NCBI GenBank assembly: GCA_044347345.1
Contig: JBIKUX010000015.1
Coordinates: 3,810 to 67,809, forward strand
Length of the DNA stretch: 64,000 bases
Direction of reading: 5' to 3'
DNA from: Bdellovibrionota bacterium
GTDB taxonomy: Bacteria > Bdellovibrionota_C > UBA2361 > JBIKUX01
Made by a program: the position numbers and the translations under genes. This document shows, piece by piece, positions 59,613-64,000 of this stretch (position 1 is its first letter; each line of letters begins with the position of its first letter). The notes beneath the pieces are model-generated. The model saw nothing but the letters and a program-made list of their open reading frames with translations, had not been told where the DNA came from and did not search any database.

Positions 59613-59993
59613 TTATTCTAAGGAAACAATCATTTCAATCTCTATTTTAGCATCTAGTGGAAGACGTGCCACCTGTATTGTAGACCGAGCTGGCTTATTA
59701 TCGCCTAGTATTTCACTGTAAATTTCATTTACAACGGTAAAGTCATTTAGATCTAGAAGAAATATGGTGGTTTTTACCACATCAGCAAATGAACGACCGA
59801 GATGTGTTAGAATTGCGCTAAGATTTTCTAGTACTTGAGTAGTCTGTTCTTTAATACCTCCATCAACTAATTGTCCGGTTGTTGGATTTATAGCAATTTG
59901 ACCTGAACAAAAAGCAAAACCGTTGGCAGACACAGCTACTGAGTATGGACCAATAGCGTTGGGTGCATTGATGACACTTGAGATTTTTTTCAT
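59613..59993 (-). CDS. ridA: RidA/YjgF family reactive-intermediate deaminase.
   Basis: 126 aa. APNAIGPYSVAV ... typical RidA N-terminus. Confidence 0.8.
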   Translation of the reverse strand: MKKISSVINAPNAIGPYSVAVSANGFAFCSGQIAINPTTGQLVDGGIKEQTTQVLENLSAILTHLGRSFADVVKTTIFLLDLNDFTVVNEIYSEILGDNKPARSTIQVARLPLDAKIEIEMIVSLE

Positions 59994-60102
59994 AGTATTA
60001 CCTTATCTTATGATTTTACTACAATCTGACATAATATTGGCTCAGGCAATAACCTGCGATGTCTTTACGAATAATTATAATGGAATATGACACTACTACT
60101 TT

Positions 60103-60813
60103 ATGGAAAAAAATACTTTTTCGCCAAAGCTCGCTACCATTCTTATTGTAGAAGATGAAGATGATATCGCAGAGGTTGTTTCTTATAACTTAACTAAAGA
60201 GGGTTTTAGAGTGTATCGGGCTGCAACGGGCGAAGAAGGATTGCGACTTTCTCGTTCACTATCACCAGCACTTTTAATTCTTGACTTGATGTTACCTGGG
60301 ATTGATGGACTTGATATTTGTAAACTTATCAAAGGAGATCAAAAAACAGACGATATTCCAGTTTTAATTCTTTCTGCAAAAGGTGAAGAAGAAGATATAG
60401 TTCGCGGATTGGAGTTAGGAGCAGATGATTATTTAGTTAAGCCTTTTAGCCCTAAGGTATTAATAGCTCGGGTAAAGTCGATCCTGAGAAGAGTAAACGC
60501 CGTAGAAATTAGTTCTGATGCCAGTTTGGTAGTCGAACCTTTTGTTTTAGATCCTCGTAGACATGAGTTAATACTTGCGGGAAGTTTTGTTGAACTCACC
60601 TCAACCGAATTTAAAATCCTTCATCTCTTGATGCGTAAAGCTGGTTGGGTATTTACCCGATTCCAGATTGTTGACGAGGTGCATGGAGAAGATTATCCGG
60701 TTACAGATAGGTCTGTGGATGTGCAAATTGCCGGCCTGAGAAAGAAACTTGGTCGGTTTGGTTCTTGGGTAGAAACAGTGCGAGGGGTTGGATATCGGTT
60801 TCGTGATGGATAG
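60103..60813 (+). CDS. phoB: Phosphate regulon response regulator PhoB (OmpR family).
   Basis: AKGEEEDIVRGLELGADDYLVKPFSPKVLIARVKSILRR closely matches the E. coli PhoB receiver C-terminus. Winged-helix output domain. Confidence 0.8.
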   Translation: MEKNTFSPKLATILIVEDEDDIAEVVSYNLTKEGFRVYRAATGEEGLRLSRSLSPALLILDLMLPGIDGLDICKLIKGDQKTDDIPVLILSAKGEEEDIVRGLELGADDYLVKPFSPKVLIARVKSILRRVNAVEISSDASLVVEPFVLDPRRHELILAGSFVELTSTEFKILHLLMRKAGWVFTRFQIVDEVHGEDYPVTDRSVDVQIAGLRKKLGRFGSWVETVRGVGYRFRDG

Positions 60814-61965
60814 ATGAAGAGTTGGTTAAATTTATTTCTGCATCGTAGGCTGTGGAAACTTAACAAGTTGAGGCTATTTAACGGATGGCTTAACGGAAAG
60901 ATTGGTGGAAATTATGGTGTTTCCCAAAAATATTCCTTAGATTTATTGGGAGCTGACCAGATAATTCAAAATTTACGAGATGGCATTTTACTACTTGACC
61001 CATCTACTTTAGCTCCCCGATTTTATAATACAGCAGCCGCAAAGTTGCTAAACCTTTCAGAGTCGAATTTATCAAAAAGTAACCATCTACCAAGCTTGCT
61101 TGATAAACTTGCAAAAACTAAGTTTGTGACGGATGAAGTTGGGGGAGAGTTTTCAACTTTTTGCCAAAATACCGGCGAAGTTATCGTAAATTTTTATGGT
61201 AGATTGCTAAAGTCAAACCCCAAGCTTTTTCTTGTAGTGCTTTATGACGTTACGACTGTTCGTAAACTTGAAAGAATGAGAACAGAATTTATAGCCAATG
61301 TATCACATGAACTTAAAACACCTATTACATCTATTCGTGGTTCCGCTGAGACTCTCCTTGATGGTGCTTTGAACAATAGGGAGGATGCGATAAAATTTTT
61401 GGAAATGATTGGTCGACAAGCTGAAAGGCTTAGTTTGATCTTTGATGATATGCTTGCACTATCGAAAATTGAGCAAGATGAGAAAAAAACTCATCTTGAG
61501 TTAGAGCATATTTTAATATCTGAACTATTAATTGAAGCTATTGAATTATGTGAGCAAAAGGCAGATGTAAAGCAAGTTGTAGTTAATCTTGAGTGCGAAA
61601 ACTGTTTAGAAAGCTTAGTCAATCCGAGATTACTTCATCAAGCTGTTGTTAACCTTATTGATAATGCTATCAAATACAGCCATCAGGGAGGTCAAATAAT
61701 TGTATCTGCTGAAAAGATTAATCAGGAGCTAGTAATAAGCGTAAAGGATAACGGCAAAGGAATAGATAACAGCCATCTTACCCGCATATTTGAGCGTTTT
61801 TATAGGGTAAACCAATCGCGTGGTAGAAGCGATGGCGGTGGTACAGGTCTTGGATTGGCTATTGTAAAGCATATTGCTCAGGTTCACGGTGGTAGGGTCA
61901 TAGTTGAAAGTATGGTTGATCAAGGAAGTAAATTCACCTTGCTACTTCCGATTCGTAATTCTTAA
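60814..61965 (+). CDS. phoR: PhoR-like sensor histidine kinase, apparently lacking N-terminal transmembrane helices.
   Basis: YDVTTVRKLERMRTEFIANVSHELKTPITSIRG (H-box) and a C-terminal HATPase_c domain (GGTGLGLAIVKHI). No hydrophobic N-terminal segment. Confidence 0.7.
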   Translation: MKSWLNLFLHRRLWKLNKLRLFNGWLNGKIGGNYGVSQKYSLDLLGADQIIQNLRDGILLLDPSTLAPRFYNTAAAKLLNLSESNLSKSNHLPSLLDKLAKTKFVTDEVGGEFSTFCQNTGEVIVNFYGRLLKSNPKLFLVVLYDVTTVRKLERMRTEFIANVSHELKTPITSIRGSAETLLDGALNNREDAIKFLEMIGRQAERLSLIFDDMLALSKIEQDEKKTHLELEHILISELLIEAIELCEQKADVKQVVVNLECENCLESLVNPRLLHQAVVNLIDNAIKYSHQGGQIIVSAEKINQELVISVKDNGKGIDNSHLTRIFERFYRVNQSRGRSDGGGTGLGLAIVKHIAQVHGGRVIVESMVDQGSKFTLLLPIRNS

Positions 61966-62075
61966 ATTTTGCGATATTAAGTTATACTGGTTCTTCTTGC
62001 ACCGCTCCAAGATAACCTGAGCCTGAATAATCTGTAATTGAATAATTTGTAACTGAGCGTGACTTAATTGTCTCA

Positions 62076-62507
62076 TCACCTTTTTATTTTTACATTTTTG
62101 TGAGGGTTGTAATTGTCGGTTGGTTCAGATTCTCCTTCTGCCTGAGTAACTCCGCATGACTGATTACTTTTCTTTATAATTGCACTAGCACTGTTTGTGC
62201 CAGCAGTAGTCATAGTGGTACTGCTTTTAGTGGCACTATATGCTAACGCTCTCAGAGCATTAGCTTCTATTTCTTTAATATCATCGGCTGATATTAGAGC
62301 CTTATCATTATTGGGATTAGGTTTAGAATTAAACGCAAATAGTTGCTCTGGTGAGAGCTTTTTGGAGAGAAGTTCAGCTATTTCCTCATAATTTGTTGCT
62401 GAGCAGGAGTTTAGGCCAAAGAGATGGTTAATTACAAATGCTTGAATTTCATCCAAGCTCTCTATAGCGGCGTGTACTGCTTTCTGAGTTTTCAGTACCT
62501 TTGCCAT
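62076..62507 (-). CDS. Hypothetical protein (143 aa) with a Ser/Thr-rich C-terminal half.
   Basis: ORF only. I recognise no family. Confidence 0.3.
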   Translation of the reverse strand: MAKVLKTQKAVHAAIESLDEIQAFVINHLFGLNSCSATNYEEIAELLSKKLSPEQLFAFNSKPNPNNDKALISADDIKEIEANALRALAYSATKSSTTMTTAGTNSASAIIKKSNQSCGVTQAEGESEPTDNYNPHKNVKIKR

Positions 62508-62718
62508 GCGCCACTCCGAAGAAACTCTTTTACCATTAAATCAAAAAGCCGGTAATTTATCTAAAAAGAATAATTACTTATTTAGCTTAGTCTCATTAAA
62601 TGAATTAGAAAAACCTGTTATCTCTGAATCTTATCAGTAGGTAGATTGGTAGGCAAACCAAGTATGTTAGTTAGGTTGAGGAATATTAAATCTTTAGCGA
62701 TAAATTTGAGGATATAAA

Positions 62719-63510
62719 GTGATAAATCATTGTCTATCGAAACATACAGTTAAGATTAATGAGTTTTCTCTAGGCTCAATTTCTTTTGCTTTTTTCCTAG
62801 CTATTTGGTCACCTGTTGTTGCAAGTAAAACTCAGATAATAGAGTGGTGGCTACCACTCTCGTTAATTGCTGGAGTGCTATCATTAACTTTTGTACGATA
62901 CTTATTTATCACTTCTATTCTGTTGACCGGCTGTTACTTTGCACTTTTTCAGTACACAGACATTTTTAAGTTAGTTCATCCCTTCATGATTTATAGTGAT
63001 GCTCCCGTAAAAAGTGATGCTGTGGTTGTGCTATCAGCCACAGCTACGAGCGATGGCAGGTTATCACCACGAGCTCTCGAGCGGCTAATTGGCGGGGTTG
63101 AACTAATGCAACAAGAATTAGCTTCTAATTTCGTAGTTACTACACTTCCTCCTCATATTTCATCTCCAAAAGCTGATATTGAGCGATTAGTAAAACTAAT
63201 GAATTTAAAGCAATATATCGAGAAGGTAGGTCCTGCTTATACTACTTTTGATGAAATAAGATTTGTTAAAGGGTTAATAAAGGAAAAAAATTGGCGACAT
63301 GTTTTAATTGTAACCTCTCCTTACCATTCCGCTAGAGTCCGAAGTTTACTTACCTATTGTGGTGTAGAGGGGCGAGTTATTGTAGCGCCTGATCGCACAT
63401 TTTCACTTGGAAATTTTGTTAATACTTCAGAGAGAATCCAGTTAGCTTATCGAACAGCTTACGAAGGATTAGCTTGGGTAAAATTTTTATTTCGCGCGCC
63501 ATCTTGTTGA
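62719..63510 (+). CDS. DUF218 (ElyC/SanA/YdcF) family membrane-anchored protein.
   Basis: N-terminal transmembrane segments. VVVLSATATSDGRLS and LIVTSPYHSARV motifs typical of DUF218. Confidence 0.5.
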   Translation: MINHCLSKHTVKINEFSLGSISFAFFLAIWSPVVASKTQIIEWWLPLSLIAGVLSLTFVRYLFITSILLTGCYFALFQYTDIFKLVHPFMIYSDAPVKSDAVVVLSATATSDGRLSPRALERLIGGVELMQQELASNFVVTTLPPHISSPKADIERLVKLMNLKQYIEKVGPAYTTFDEIRFVKGLIKEKNWRHVLIVTSPYHSARVRSLLTYCGVEGRVIVAPDRTFSLGNFVNTSERIQLAYRTAYEGLAWVKFLFRAPSC

Positions 63511-63578
63511 TTTAAACTTGTCAACAGTAAACATTGATACCTTTGATATTAATCATAACTTTTTTATGAGAGTAGTAA

Positions 63579-64000
63579 TGAAAAACAATTTTTATATTGC
63601 ATATTTAAAAATACCTATTATTGGTTTAGTAATTTCGGCTTTATTTATCTCTACAAATGTGGCTCATACAGAGGAGCTAGATAAAATTTTTGATAAAGTT
63701 AAATCTCTTGTTCAATCAAAAAACTATCCAAAGGCAGTAGAGGAATTAACCTGGGCTGAAAAAGAGATTCAAAAATTACATTTAGCAAAATTAAAGGAAT
63801 TTTTTCCGGCAAAATTAGGTGGATTGCAGGGTGGTAAGTTCGAAGTGCAGGGAGCCTTTGGAATGAGCACTGTAGAGCGAACTTATCAGGGTGAAGGTAC
63901 CGACGTAATGGTATCTTTAGTGAATAATTCTCAAGGCGGTGGTGCAGGAGTTGGAGCACTGGCACAGCTCGGAAAAATGGCAGCATTGATGGGAGCTCAG
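63579..64000 (+). CDS. Hypothetical secreted protein with a signal peptide. The C-terminus runs past the end of the window.
   Basis: MKNNFYIAYLKIPIIGLVISALFISTNVAHTEE ... The frame is open to position 64000. It is absent from the ORF track, presumably because it has no stop inside the window. Confidence 0.4.

Noticed and set aside
63699-63986. 95-aa minus-strand ORF
   Set aside because: The plus strand carries a better candidate: an ORF beginning at 63579 with a clear signal peptide, running off the window end. The minus ORF is Leu/Pro-rich and looks spurious.
1-64000. tRNA, rRNA, tmRNA or RNase P genes
   Set aside because: I scanned the intergenic regions for T-loop-like GTTCGA/GGTTCRANTCC motifs and acceptor-stem pairing and found nothing convincing. 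The intergenic regions are short and mostly promoter- or terminator-like. An RNA-specific search tool should confirm this.

Overview
The window is a chromosomal segment from a low-GC (about 40% by eye) Gram-negative bacterium. It is mostly housekeeping genes packed densely on both strands. LpoA, HslJ/HslR and the grpE-dnaK-dnaJ gene order point towards a gammaproteobacterial lineage, but I cannot verify this from the sequence alone.

Reading left to right: hrpA (runs off the window on the minus strand), a glycosyltransferase, hslR and hslJ, then guaB-like, a hypothetical gene, maf, yggS, yggT and an FmdB-family gene. Next come recO, grpE-dnaK-dnaJ, a lipoprotein resembling LpoA, lon, a YceD-like gene and ssb. 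After ssb there is a small anomalous island. Then ribD, a GT2 gene, serC, nadB, an SDR, a HAD/UbiA fusion and mgtE, followed by a complete alternative complex III operon (actABCDEF). The rest of the window holds alr, a LysM lipoprotein, leuA/cimA, rpmF-plsX-fabG-acpP, glyA, nrdR-ribBA-ribH, a PLP dehydratase, a four-gene metal ABC importer with a separate mntR-like regulator, proBA, ridA, phoB and a phoR-like kinase, and three further hypotheticals. I found no rRNA, tRNA or CRISPR.

The stretch most worth a second look is 21.8-23.8 kb. Two copies of a roughly 185-bp module, each with an embedded sigma70-like promoter, bracket a pentapeptide-repeat gene with a polyQ N-terminus. That gene carries a perfect 15-bp tandem repeat array and an apparent 1-nt frameshift. 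Next to it are a 20-codon gene-start remnant built on (CAACTG)5 and a 211-codon open frame with no canonical start codon.

Other points of interest:
- The last gene of the metal importer is a permease fused to a DtxR-family repressor domain, as in chlamydial YtgC-YtgR, and a separate MntR-like gene sits beside the operon.
- A HAD-phosphatase/UbiA-prenyltransferase fusion contains an 18-bp coding repeat array and sits next to an SDR and a GT2 gene.
- The alr gene has no canonical start codon.
- The alternative complex III operon sits in what looks like a gamma-like background.
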